A program made the translations under genes and the position numbers. Below, in pieces: positions 1 through 12,547 of a DNA stretch of 64,000 bases. The stretch is from contig OZ024740.1 in the NCBI GenBank assembly GCA_964016885.1, positions 124,806,001 to 124,870,000 of the forward strand. Reading direction: 5' to 3'. The notes under the pieces are model-generated. The model searched no databases. It saw nothing but the letters and a program-made list of their open reading frames with translations, and was not told the origin of the DNA. The stretch's first letter is position 1, and each line of letters begins with the position of its first letter. The stretch is from Eledone cirrhosa (lineage: Eukaryota).

Positions 1-48
1 GATAAGAAACGTGGCTTCACCAACGATAATAATATGAATAATAATAAT

Positions 49-2599
49 GATTTCTTTATTAACCACAAGGGTTTACATAAAGTAGACATTAAGGACAGTG
101 CAGGACAATACAGGACGGTACAAATGGGCATTTCTGCGTGTAAAAAAACAAAAACAGAGGATGTAACAAAAAAATAACAATGAAAAATTGTCCAATAGGG
201 GGGAGACTGCCGAGGGACATTTGTGGAGAAAGCCCATTAAAAGGCCACAGTGACCCTGACGACCAGGGCAAGTGCCCTCTCCCAGTTTTCAACCTTTAAT
301 TTACAGACAAATACTCAGAGTAGGCCCATTCTTGCTTCTCTCACCCATCTTTCAACAAAATGCTGGGAAGAGAGCACTTCCCTCTCTACCCTGATATTCC
401 TTTTCAAATGAATTTTGAAAAAGTTAATCAGAGCCTCACCGAAGAGGTAAGTGCTCGTCTTCAGCCCTTTCAAACGTGTCCACCATACTATCTCTTTTGC
501 CATGACCACCAGACAGATAAAAACTGCCTGCCCTTCCCGGCTAAAGGAAGTGGGTGGGGCAATCCTCACGATGGACTCATCTGATAGCCACATCCGTCCT
601 ACACGCGACAGCAGGTGTTCGACATAAACCCACAAGTCAGCAATGCTAGGACACTGGACGAGTGCGTGCAGGACGGTTTCGTCGCCCTGCACGCATCTCG
701 GACATGCCCGGGGGACGGCACCTCCATGCCTGTAGAGTTTATCCCGAACTAGCAAAGCTCCTCGGTAGCACTGCCAGGTCAGGAAGTTGTCCATAGGCCC
801 CGGCCCGAAAGTTCTTCCGAAGAGATTGGCTAGTCGATTTTCGTCGACGCCTAGAGTTTCCCCAAGTACGTCGTCGCTCTTCCCCTCCACTAATCCTATA
901 TAGAACGCCGAGGTGGAGTTTCCACCGATCACATTGCCCGATTGGTCGAGGGCTGTGAGTGTCTGAAGACATTCCAGTCTCCAAGCGCTCCCTCTCGGTC
1001 TTCGCTTGACCCAGGACTGCAGCTCCGTCAAGGAGACGAGCTGGGGAAAGACGCATTTAGCAAACGGCGACCACACCTGATCACCGTCGAGGAAGAGGTG
1101 GAGATGTCGTAGCCTGAACGCGTGTCTGCGCATCATCAGCCACGGCATGCCCAGCCCTCCATGTAGCGGGTGTTGACAGCAGATGGACCGCCTGACCATC
1201 GGAGCGCGTCCCTTCCACAAAAAGCGAAAGAGCAAACGCTCCAGCGCAGTTAGGCAGGACTTTGGACAAGGTACGACGGTCAGGCGGTAGTAGATGACGG
1301 ACGCGATGTACGCGTTAGCCACCTCCGCTCGACCTTTCAGGGATAGCTTCCTCTCCGCCCATTTCTGGGTGAGAGAAGCCACCCTGCTCGTCACCTCGTC
1401 CCAGTTTTTGTCCGTCTGGAGGTTGGGACCGAACCAGACCCCTAGCAATTTAACCGTTCCGTCCGTCCAGCGCCCGACGACGCTGTTGGACGGCATGGAC
1501 CTGCCTCTGCAGGTGCCGAGCTGCAGGCCCACTGACTTTTCCTGGTTGATCATTGCTCCTGTCACCGCTTCGTATTCTCTTAGTATAGTGCCGATCGCCT
1601 CGATGTGTTTGGCGTTCGACACCACTACGGTGACATCGTCCGCATATGCTGACACGGTTCTTCCGCATCCTAGTTCGCGCGGGACCCCCCTCAAGTGTCC
1701 AGTTTGTGCAGTAATGGCTCGAGAGTCAATACGTACAAGTGGGACGAGAGGGGACATCCTTGGCGGACCGAGCGCATGATGTTGAACGGTTCTGAAAGGT
1801 GATCGTTCACTCTCCCCTCAGAGCAGATGTCGCTGTGCATGGCAGCGATCCAGCCTCTGAAAACGGGCCCAAAGCCAGCCGCCCCCAGGACTGCCGCTAG
1901 GTAACGATGGTCGAACCTATCGAAAGCTTTCGACTGATCTAAATTGATCAAGGACCCACCCGTGCCAGGTTCCCTAGCTACCCTCTCTACGATGTATCGC
2001 ATGAGGTGGAGGTTGTCGTGGATGGATCTGTCGGGAATGGTGCATGTCTGCGCCTCTCCCACCAGACCACCAACGACAAGCGCCAACCTCTTTGCTAGCA
2101 CCTTGGCCAAAATCTTGAACTCTGTGTTTAGCAGAGTTATGTGCCTTAACTTATCTATGTTATCCCCCTTGCTCGGATCCTTCCTCAACAGAGCCACCTC
2201 TCCTCGGCTCACAGAGCTGGGAATTCTCCCGTTCTGTTGCCAGTTGCAGTAGACGTCCGCCAAGAGGCGTCCGAACAAGTCTAGCATCTGTACGTAAAGT
2301 TCATAGGACAGACCATCAAAACCAGGCGATTTACCCCTTGTGCAGCCAGTCATTGCCTCCCGTATTTCAGCGGCTGTTTTCGCAACACTCCGCTTCAGTG
2401 GCCGAGAGCCGCATCAGTCCGTCGAGGTAGACACTAAAGTCCATCCCTCGATCCGGCCCGCCGCTGCCCCCGAACAGCTGAGCGAAGTGTCGCTGAAAAG
2501 CTTCACACATTTGCCTGGGATCGAGTAGCATGCGCCCATCGTGGTCCACCAAAGACCGGATCGTGGCTTTGTTGCCACGACGCTCCTCTGCCACTCGGG
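49..2599 (-). mobile_element. 5'-truncated L1/Tx1-clade LINE, family A (RT + C-terminal zinc finger + 3' UTR), frameshifted
   Basis: ORFs 1691-2353 and 315-1757 give RT motifs (SPGFDG, DQSKAFD, RQGCPLS, YADD) and CPRC..ETVLHALVQC. Nearly identical to 12305-14878. The 3' UTR ends with AATAAAG followed by (ATT)n. Confidence 0.93.
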
Positions 2600-3149
2600 A
2601 ATGTATCGTGATATTTCGCTCCTTATAACAGTCTTTCCTTTTCCTCTGTTTGGTTGAGCACACTTCTCTGAGTGGTTTTGGGCTGCCCTTTCTAGCAGCT
2701 CGTCCCTCAGAGGCCACTGGTTCACTGCCCTCAAACACGCTGTGACTTCTCTCTCCCACGTGTAGCTGGACGGTCGCTTTAAAAATTCTCTTAGTGTTGT
2801 CTGAAATGTATAGCCTTACACACGCTGATGAACCGGGGTTATTTCATTTCTGTCAACAACTTACTGGCGAAACATCACTTTGGATTTCTATGTGTGTTAT
2901 ATAGTTATAGAGGTATTTATTTACACTTTAATTTATATTTTTAATAATCGTGCCTATACTCTGCCTTTCATGGGTTATAGATTCCATACACTGGTGCTTT
3001 TTCCCTGGTTTTTGCTAGCGCACTGTATCTCTCTCTAGTGTGTTACCTTTTCAACATATTGTTTTTTAAAGGCTCAGGTTTCCATTCCTTTGGCACATTA
3101 TTTACAGGGAACGACGAGAGTCTATGGCTTCGTTAATGTATCGTGATAT
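2600..3149 (+). mobile_element. ~550 bp non-coding repeat unit with a degenerate hammerhead; probable Penelope-like pLTR/retrozyme-like element
   Basis: Bounded by the 15 bp direct repeat AATGTATCGTGATAT (2600-2614, 3135-3149). Contains a CTGATGA...GAAAC core and abuts (TA)n. Confidence 0.5.
2817..2896 (+). ncRNA. Degenerate type I hammerhead ribozyme motif
   Basis: CACACG-CTGATGA(2825-31)-stem II CCGG..CTGG-GAAAC(2869-73)-ATC..GAT-TTC-TATGTG. The triplet and stem I need substitutions (GTC>TTC, CG>TA) to be canonical. Confidence 0.45.
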
Positions 3150-3179
3150 ATATATATATATTTATATATATAATATTCA

Positions 3180-3395
3180 ATATAGAAATGGCTTCTACAG
3201 AACTAGAACTCTTTCATTCGAAGGAAATCATCAGGTATTGAGTACCTTACTGTGTTACCCCCCGATTGAATCCAGGTAACACATACATATATATTTATAT
3301 ATAATAGGAAAAGAGTCAGGACCTTGAGTACCGTAAGCATCGAGTACTCTGGTGTGTTATGGTCCAACTGGTTCCTTACCACACTTCCTTCATTA
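3180..3395 (-). mobile_element. Short TA-flanked repeat with a hammerhead-like core
   Basis: The minus strand reads CTGATGA-TTTCCTTCGAAT-GAAAG-AGTT-CTA at 3200-3238. Related pieces occur at 5681-5757, ~57965-58010, ~58490-58540 and 61405-61470. Confidence 0.45.
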
Positions 3396-3406
3396 TATAT
3401 ATATAT

Positions 3407-5678
3407 CATCATGATCATCATCATCGTTTAACGTCCATATTCAACGCTTGCACGGGTTTGGACGGGAGTTTTCCCACTTGAGGCAAGAGTGGTTGTCTTG
3501 CTCGCATAGGACTGTCGGGCGGGTTTTCTGCGGCTGGATGCCCTTCCTAACACCAACCACATTTACAGTGTGGAACTGGGAGGTTTTTACCGTGTTACCT
3601 ACACGGCCACATTACAGCGTGGACTGTGTGTTTTTTTTTGTCATGACACCTACACGACCTCATTTGTTTCGGGCTGGATGTTGTGGTACCAACATAACTT
3701 TACATTGAAAGGGGTGGTGTGAATGGGGTGGGGGTAGTGGGACGGGGGTGTATTTTGTTAGAGGTGCCTACTGACTGTAGTAGGTTTCACTTTGCACTTA
3801 TTTAAGGCGGGTCTTCTCTATTACTGTGGAGCGCCAAAGATCTCGGTCCAGTGACATTGTCTTGGAGAGATGTAAGTGTGTGAGGTCGGAATTTATTAAG
3901 TCGTCCCATATTTTTCTGGGTCTGCCTACGCCGTGGCTACCGTCTATTTTTATTGCCCTGCACTTTTTTATACAGCTGTCGTCTTTCATGCGCATCACGT
4001 GACCGTACCAACGTAGTCTTCTCTCGAGTAAACAACAACTGATCCCTCTTATTCCTAATTTCTCCCTTAGTTCGTTTATGCTTTGCCGTTCACGTATATT
4101 ACTATTACACATCCAGCGGAGCATGCAAGCTTCGTTTCTCTCCAGTCTGCGTATATCCTCTGCACACAATGCCCAGGTCTCACTGCCACGTAACATTGCT
4201 GTTCGTATGCAGGCATCATACAGCCTTCCTTTCATTTTTAGAGAGAACCCTTTAGCGGCCAATAGTGGTATAAGCTCTCTGAACTTTTTTCATCCAGTTC
4301 TGACTCTAGCTACTGTACTTTCAGAGCACCCTCCCCCACTGCTGATTTTGTCATCCAGGTAACGGAAGCTGTCCACTATTTCTATAGAACCATCTGTGCA
4401 ATGGAATGAGTTAGTATTCTGTGGGCACTTGCTGCTACTTATTGCACCAGAGCACTGGCCACATATAAAATCTATATTCTTAGTTAGCTTGCCTGTGATT
4501 CCACTACATCTTTTATGTACCCATACTTTGCGATTGGGACATAAAATGGAGTTTATACCTACTCCTTTCTTACACACTGAGCATGGCCATTTCCCAGATG
4601 GGACCGGTGCCCTATTTGCCTTCCTACAAACTAGAACTTTAGTCTTAGACAAGTTAACTTTAAGACCTTTTGATTCTAGGCCATGCTTCAATGTTTGGAA
4701 TTTCTTCTCTTGTTCAGCCATTGATTCAGCTATGAGCATTAGATCATCTGCATATAGGAGTTCCCATGGGCAGCCGGTCTTGAACTCCTCTGTTATAGCC
4801 TGAAGGGCAATAATAAATAGTAGGGGGCTAAGGACGGAGCCCTGATGATCACCAACTTTTACGCTAAATTCTTCACTATATTCGTTGTTAATTCTAACCT
4901 TGCTGACTGTTTCTTTATACTTGGCTTGTATAGCTCTCACAAGCCATTCATCAACACCTAGTTTTCTAAGGGCCCACCAGATAATCGAGCAGGGTACTCT
5001 GTCAAAGGCTTTCTCCAAGTCAACAAAAGCTAAGTATAGGGGTTTACTTTTAGCTAGGTACTTCTCCTGTAGTTGTCGTACAATGAAAAGAGCGTATGTT
5101 GTACTTTTACCTGACACAAACCCGAACTGTATTTCGTCTAGATCAATTCGCTCTCTGATTAGTTGCGCTATTACTTTTCCTGTGACCTTCATGACCTGGT
5201 CAATTAATTTAATGCCTGTATAGTTTCCCCTATCTAGGGCATCACCTTTACCCTTGTAGCAGTTAATGATGATACTGCTGCGCCAGTCCTTCGGAACGAC
5301 CCCATTCTGTATGATTTGGTTTACTATCCAGGTGACCATAGTGTGTCCAACCGTTCCAGATGCTTTCAGCATTTCGGCAACTATTTCCGAAGGCCCGGCC
5401 GCCTTGCCCGTCTTCATGTCTTTGATCGCCTTACTTATTATACTACCTTCAACTTACACTGCTGGTCCCTCTATTGGGTCGGTGTGAGGGAGACTGTCTT
5501 TCTCCCAATTATTCTCCTCATTTAGTAGCCTTTCGTAGTGACACTTCCAAGCTACTTTCTTATCAGCGTTAGTGATGGCTAGTACACCATCATCATTAAG
5601 GACACACTTCTCCCCGACAATATCACTGTTTTCCTTCACACATTGCCTAGCAATCCTGAACACCTCACGTTTTTGGTG
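3407..5678 (-). mobile_element. 5'-truncated RTE-clade LINE (RT, Cys-rich insert, C-terminal domain, 3' UTR, (GAT)n tail)
   Basis: ORF 4290-5417 has KAAGPSEI, FVDLEKAFD, HQGSVLSP and LLYADDL. ORF 3798-4262 has RRLRWYGHV and GRPRK. The 3' end is GGACGTTAAAC(GAT)n. Confidence 0.92.
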
Positions 5679-5680
5679 AG

Positions 5681-5745
5681 AACTAGGACTGTTTCATTTG
5701 AAGGAAATCATTGAGATGATTTCCTTTGAATGAAACATTTCTAGT
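5681..5745. repeat. Imperfect ~30 bp inverted repeat at the RTE 5' junction
   Basis: ACTAGGACTGTTTCATTTGAAGGAAATCAT-TGAG-ATGATTTCCTTTGAATGAAACATTTCTAGT. Confidence 0.8.
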
Positions 5746-5758
5746 CTTGTATAAGCTA

Positions 5759-5761
<3 letters not shown>

Positions 5762-5812
<51 letters not shown>
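5762..5812. repeat. (TA)n microsatellite
   Basis: Direct inspection. Confidence 0.95.
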
Positions 5813-5818
<6 letters not shown>

Positions 5819-6304
5819 AGTGCTTGCTGTTTGCTGCAATTCATCATATTTGACACCAGTAATATTGTTCATGACCCAGAGTATAATGTTTCAATGAATG
5901 TTAATAGTATTTATATCATACTTAGGAAAAAGATAAGGATGGGTATCCAGCTATAGAACATCTGCTACAAAAAGTCTCATCCTGCTCATGCAAGCATGAA
6001 AATGTAGCTATAAAAATATGATGATGATGTCGATGTTAATGGTGATAATGATTATAAATGATACATTTTATTGTTTTCCTTTTTCAAAATTATAACCGCT
6101 ATAGACTGCTTTTATATATTTCAAAACAAAAAAATAATAATTTAGTTAATTTTAATTAAGATTGATAATGAGATATGTTTTTCTTAATGATAAATGCTAT
6201 TAATAAATTGCAGTTTCCTGAGATTGTCAGCATCACTAATTTAGTATTTGTCATTTGTAAATAGAAACAGAACTATAAATTACGTAACTGTATATATTTA
6301 AGTA

Positions 6305-6570
6305 GATGTAAGTAGTCTAGGGGTAAGAGTGTTGTTGGAATTACAAACATAATGTCATGGGTTCAATTCCTGGGCGGGGTTGTGTGTTGTGTTCTTGAAC
6401 AAAACACTTCATTTCCTGTTGCTCAAGTATACTCAGCTGAAAATGAGTACCATCAATAACTCGGCATTTAAGCCTGTGATGTACTGTTGGCATATCCAGG
6501 AGGGAGTTATGTACTCTTAGTTGCTTAAAACCATGGAAACCAGGATAAGCCCCGGCCTGACGATCCTCCA
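6305..6570 (+). mobile_element. Degenerate tRNA-derived SINE with a CORE-like body
   Basis: Box A-like GTAGTCTAGGGGTAAGAGTG and box B GGGTTCAATTCC, then GTGTTCTTGAACAAAACACTT..TGCTC..ACTCAGCTG. Similar to 58300-58460. Confidence 0.6.
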
Positions 6571-6619
6571 GGCTCAAGAGAGATTTAGAGACATTGCTTT
6601 TAGATATGATTTAGACAAA

Positions 6620-6845
6620 GAATTGGCTGAGTCATTAGAGCACCACACAAAATTACTTGTAGTATTTGTTCCAGGTTTCTGTGCTCTGAATTTCGTTCCC
6701 ACCTAGGTCAGCTGCCTTGGGGTTACTAAAATAAAGTACCAGCCCAGAATGGTGGACTGGCTGAATTGTCAGATTGTTGCACAAGATGTTTCTCTATATT
6801 TGTACCATCTCTTTTCCTTCTGAGTTCAAATCCTGCAATTGCCTT
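6620..6845 (+). mobile_element. Highly decayed SINE remnants related to the ATT-tailed SINE family
   Basis: GGGGTTACTAAAATAAAGTACCAG and CTGAGTTCAAATCC match the family consensus. Confidence 0.45.
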
Positions 6846-9800
6846 CTTCTCTATTATATTTAATCTGTCACCTGGATTAACACCACTTCCTTGCAGTTAG
6901 ATGAGATTTCCAATTTAAAGGTACCTTCCTCTCTTCCTCACAGGTTTCTGTGAATATATACCAAAAAATAAAATGAAATAATGTACTGTAAGCAAACCTT
7001 AATATTCAGCTCTGTTTCTACATGACTTCTTTAGGTAAATTATAATTATTATTATTTTTGCTTTTGTTATATTCATACCTTTAGTCTTTAGAGTGGAGAC
7101 AGATTTTGACATCAAGTTTTGGGTAAAAATGTTCATTTTATACATGAAATATACAGTAAATAAAATATTCCTAGCCCTGATTTGAACCAAGAATGTTTAA
7201 TTTGATACAGTCAATTTCAATTTATAATAGAAATTCAAGTAATGGAATACTTTAAGCTTGTATAAAACAAATGAAAAACAAAAATATCATTTAATTAATA
7301 CCCTATCTTCATCAAATGAATAAAATAAAATCTGTAACATGGTTATAATTGCTACTGTTTAATAAATCTCACTGTTAAATGCTACCGATGCTGAATTTCT
7401 CTTGAGAAAGGCAGCCTGTGTTTGATTTGGCAGGAAAGATGAAGAACAAAACAAAAACATAAAGGAAAACTTTAAACAGAATATAAAATTCCGTTAATGA
7501 AAAAAAAAATGCAACGACAACAAAAACAATTAAAAAAATCTGATATAAAAAGATTAAAATGTAATTAGCATTTCAGTAAACTAGACAAGAATTTTAATTG
7601 CTCTGATTATACAAACAATAAAAGTTTGAATTTGCTTTTAATATTTTTTCTTCTTGTTTTCCTTTTCCTTTTACAAATAGAAACTTGTCCATAATAAAAG
7701 ACTATTTCAGTATGGAAAAGAGATATAATGTGAAGTACTCTATTGATTTCTCAGAAATATATTGATTTCTTATATACATATTGATTTCTTGTAATTTAAA
7801 TTTATAGGAGAACAGAAAGGTGACTGTTTGACGTTCATGAATTTTACATTGGCATTATAAATCAGTAAGTAAAGTAAATGTTCCTTAAACTCTGAAGAAC
7901 CCTTAACACTTTTGCAACCACACTACCAAAACCTACGTCTTGTTATCTCATAGAAAGCTGTTTATTTATTATAATCCTTTTGTGACTGTAATCCTACACA
8001 TTATTTCAAATAATTAATAAAGAATTTTATGGATTTTCTAAAATTATTATTTTATTCCTAAGATAGTAACTTAACATATGTTTATTATATAAAATTATAT
8101 TGGAAGAATTTAATTTAAATAGGAATTCTTTAAAATGGGTAATTGTTTCAGAGTGTCAGAGTCTCATTCGGGTACGCTGTTATCAAAAGTGCTTATATTT
8201 GTCTTTAAAATGCTTTCATCATAATTTTATGTAAGTATCTTTATTAAGCGCTGCTTCAAACACCAACTTAACTAGAAAATTAGTTATATTAATAAATCCC
8301 TGATTAATTTCACAGCATCTTTTAGTAGAAATATGTGGACAAAATGATTAAATACAAAACTCCCCAAAAGTTCCTCTAATAAATTATTCAAATTTAAATT
8401 CAAATCTTGGACTTAGATTGTATTACGTTGAAAGTATTTTGATAATTGAAGCACATTCCTACTAAAAACATGATCTGAAAGGGGATAGCTTCCCACCAGT
8501 GTTCATTTTGCTCTGGCCATCAAAATGTTTGGTTATTTTCAAAATTTATTGAGAATCATAGACAGTGATTTTATTAGAAATGCAACAATGCAAGGGTTAA
8601 TTGCCAGTTCTTGGTCCTGAATAGGAAATATGCCCTTGGAATAGAAGCCAGTCAATTTTTTTATACACTAATATTTCATGCCTACTCTATTGAATTATTG
8701 TTATATATATACTTATTATTCTTTCATCACTGATTTGACAATGTGAACATTATGCTTTATTGAGATCTAATAAGACTGAAACCTTTCAGTTGTTGCCTCC
8801 CATACTAGACCGAATGAGAAAAATGACATTACTCACAAGTTGCTGTTTTTTTTTATTCACCTAAATATTTCCAGTTAGATTTTTGATACATTTTGTATTA
8901 AATATCTTGACATTAATTTAATTTTGTTACCTATCATTCCGATAATTATCTGTTAGTTGTATATCTATTGTATTACAGATAAGTAAATGAACTGAAGCAA
9001 TGTAAATTTAGGTATTATGTCTAGAAACGTAATATAACAACTGCTGGGTTTGTGCAATCACAAATTATATATTCATATTTTAATATCTAATCTGCTAAAC
9101 TGTTTTACGTCTACACTGGTGATATATGTAAAGTGAAATAATAACAGCAAATTGAAATCTGAATGTAACCTTATCTTCTTGCTAGAATATTTGCTCTAAA
9201 ATGCTTGTTTGTAGCCAGAAGGTTAGTGAGTTGATAGATATACTTCAGAGCAGTGATTTTCTAATGGAAGGTTTCCAGGAAAAGAATTTTAGAGGGATAT
9301 TAGTCAGGGGAGGAATCCAAACTGGAAAATGATTGTGTACATCAGTATATATAATCAAATGAAATATTAATATACCCAACTATAAGGATGATCACAGAAT
9401 TAGCAGTTCACAAATAAAAAACAAAAAAACTATTGCTTCAGACTTAACCCCATTTGGAACTGTACAATTAGTGAAAAGCTCACTCCTGTTAATATAGTTC
9501 TCAGATGAAAGATTGCTCGATGACAATTAAAAATGTTGAGGGATAGAGGAAACTTGGGATTTGCATGGAGAGGAATATCATCTGAATCTCTGAGAACTAA
9601 TGCTTTAGAGGCACAGTTAAACAAATTTAAAATCCAGCTGAGGTTAATTTTAATATTCACCACTCGAGGTTTGATTTAATAAGTAGCAACAGTTTACTAA
9701 AATTAATTTATATAGGACAGTCTAAACAGGTTCAGGGTCCATGAATTTTTCCGCCTCCTATCCTGGGGAATTGAAGTATTTAATGTTCAGCACAAACATC

Positions 9801-9918
9801 TGCAGGTCACTGCTTACAACAAAAATATGGGTTAGGAAGGAAAAGACTACACAACATGTTTTACAGATACTAACAACGACAATAACAATAATGATGATTG
9901 TTTCTCTTTATTCACTTT

Positions 9919-9981
9919 ATAATAATAATAATAATAATTATAATAATAATAACAATAATAATAATAATAATGATAATAATA
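9919..9981. repeat. (AAT)n microsatellite at the left edge of the nested LINE array
   Basis: Direct inspection. Confidence 0.9.
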
Positions 9982-12243
9982 AGGAGATTAGTGAACAGGC
10001 GCACAAACAAACTGATTTGAGTATCACAGTTGAAACTCTTAAGGGGCAGGCCAAAAAACTAACCAACTGGAAATCACAAGGCCCAGATGGTGTGCAGGGG
10101 TATTGGATTAAAAATATAACATCCCTCCACCCGAAACTGACAACCATGTTCAATGACTGCTTGATGTCGGGTGAGGTACCAGAGTGGTTGACAAAAGGTA
10201 CCACAGTTCTGGTAATGAAAGACTGAATCACGGGTAATGATGTTACTAACTATAGACCTATCACATGTCTGTCCGTAATGTGGAAACTGTTGACAAGCCT
10301 TGTGTCTGAGGAAATCTACCATCACCTCCACACAAACAACTTGTTACCGGACGAACAGAAAGGATGCCGAAAGAAGTCCCGTGGTACAAAGGACCAGTTA
10401 CTTATTGATAAGATGGTAATGAGGAATTGCAAGAGGAGACACACTGGTCTTGCCATGGGATGGATAGACCACAAAAAGGCATTTGACATGGTGCCTCATT
10501 CTTGGATCACCAAAAGCCTAGAGATCTTCAAGGTGGCAGATAACATCAGACAGTTGTTGAGCAAAAGTATGAAGTCCTGGAAAACAGAGTTAACATCAGC
10601 TGGAGAATCCTTGGGAGGCGTGAAGATCAAGAGAGGTATCTTCCAGGGAGATAGTCTGTCCCCTCTGTTGTTTGTCCTTGCCCTGATGCCCCTGACCATT
10701 ATACTGCGAAAGGTGAGAGCAGGATACAAGTTGAGAAAGGGAGAGCTTACCATCAACCACCTCCTCTTCATGGACGATCTTAAGCTCTTCGGGAAGAGTG
10801 AGAAGGAGTTGGATGTGCTTGTTGACACTGTCCGTATTTTCAGCAAAGATATATGTATGCAATTTGGTATTAGTAAGTGTGGAGTCCTTGTGATGAAGAG
10901 GGGTAAATTGAGCAGAAGCAACGGAATCCAGGTACCAACAGGTGATAAAGGAAATTGACACTGAAGAAGGATACAAGTATTTGGGTGTTCTCGAGGCTGA
11001 TGACATCAAGAACAAAAAAATGAAGGAATTGATAAGATCTGAATACATTCGGAGAGTAAGGAGTGTATTAAAGTCACATCTGAACAGTAGGAATGCCATA
11101 AGTGCAGTAAATTCCCAAGCTCTGTCTATTATTAGGTACAGTGCGAGAATTCTGAGATGGAATGTTGCTGAACAAAATGAAATGGATAGGAAGACAAGAG
11201 GAGTGATGTCGATAGACTCTACTTAAGAAGATCTGAAGGTGGAAGAGGTCTTATCAGCATAGAGGACTGTGTTCAGATTGAGAAAAACAACCTACACAAA
11301 TACGTGACTGATAGTAAGGAGCCAATGTTCCGAATTGTACTGAAGGAGAGGGAAATAGACCATGGGATGTCCAAGGAGGAAATAACAACGAGGAGAAAGA
11401 GCAGCCTTCATGAAAAATCCCTTCATAGTACCTTCTTTGAGAAAACTGAATTCAGAGATCCACAGACATGGAACTGGTTGAAAAGAGGAGACCTTAAAAA
11501 GGCTACAGAAGGAGTGCTAATGACTGCGCAAGGGCAGGCCCTCAAAATGAAGTGGCTGAAACACCATATTTACAAGGAGGAGGCTAGCCCACTGTGCAGG
11601 ATCTGTAGAGAGAGAGAGGAGACTGTGGCTCACATTGTATCCGAGTGTAAACACCTAGCCCAGACTCACTATAAAGGCTGGAGACATGATGTGATGGGCA
11701 GGGTGATCCACTGGCACCTATGCAAAGTAAACAATTCACCACATTCTGAGAAGTGGTATGAGCATAAGCTAGAGTCGGTGATAGAAAACGATCAGGTGAA
11801 GGTGCTGTGGGATTTTAGGATACAGACGGACAAGAAACTGGAACACAATAGACCTGACCTGGTGGTTTTGGACAAGGAAAAAAGATCGTGCCTGATTGTG
11901 GATGTGGCTTGTCCATTCGACACGAGAGTGCAAGAGAAGGAGAGGGAGAAAATTAACCGATACCAGGACCTAAAGTGGGAGGTAAAAAGGATTTGGAACT
12001 GCCATGAATTCAAAGTGGTCCCGATTGTCATAGGCGCACTAGGTACTATCTCAAAAAGTTTCCAGGGATGGTTAAAGAAAATTAGCCCCGCTCCGCTTTT
12101 TGGAACACTTCAAAAGGCATGCTTGCTGGAAACAGCAAGAACCCTCCGATACGTCCTGAATATCTGAGGCTGCAGGTAGTGGCTTGATATTCATTTCAAC
12201 AAACTTTCCAGTTAACTAACACCAATGACTGAGACTCAAAGAA
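9982..12243 (+). mobile_element. 5'-truncated R4/Dong-type non-LTR retrotransposon, family 1 (RT + CCHC + restriction-like endonuclease)
   Basis: RT motifs [26 protein letters not shown] and [10 protein letters not shown]-terminus has CRIC..HIVSEC, RHD, RPDLVV..DVACP and K..Y. Flanked by (TAA)n on both sides, the known Dong target. Confidence 0.92.
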
Positions 12244-12244
12244 C

Positions 12245-12304
<60 letters not shown>
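12244..12304. repeat. (AAT)n shared by the tail-to-tail Dong and Tx1 3' ends
   Basis: Direct inspection. Confidence 0.95.
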
Positions 12305-12305
<1 letters not shown>

Positions 12306-12547
12306 TTTTCTTTAATAACCACAAGGGTTTACATAAAGTAGACATTAGGACAGTACAGGACAATACAGGACGGTACAAATGGGCATTTCTGCGTGTAAAA
12401 AAAACAGAGGTTGAAATAAAATAACAAAGAAAAATTCCCCAATAGGGGGGAGACTTCCGAGGGACATTTGTGGAGAAAGCCCATTAAAAGACCACAGTGG
12501 CCCTGACCACCAGGGCAAGTGCCCTCTCCCAGTTTTCCACCTTTAAT

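Noticed and set aside
7808-7864. Possible host exon (tttatag ... gtaagt)
   Set aside because: All three frames contain stops and there are no supportable partner exons; a non-coding exon cannot be excluded.
9440-9830. Coding-like sequence on the minus strand
   Set aside because: No sustained ORF; at most a very old LINE remnant that I cannot classify.
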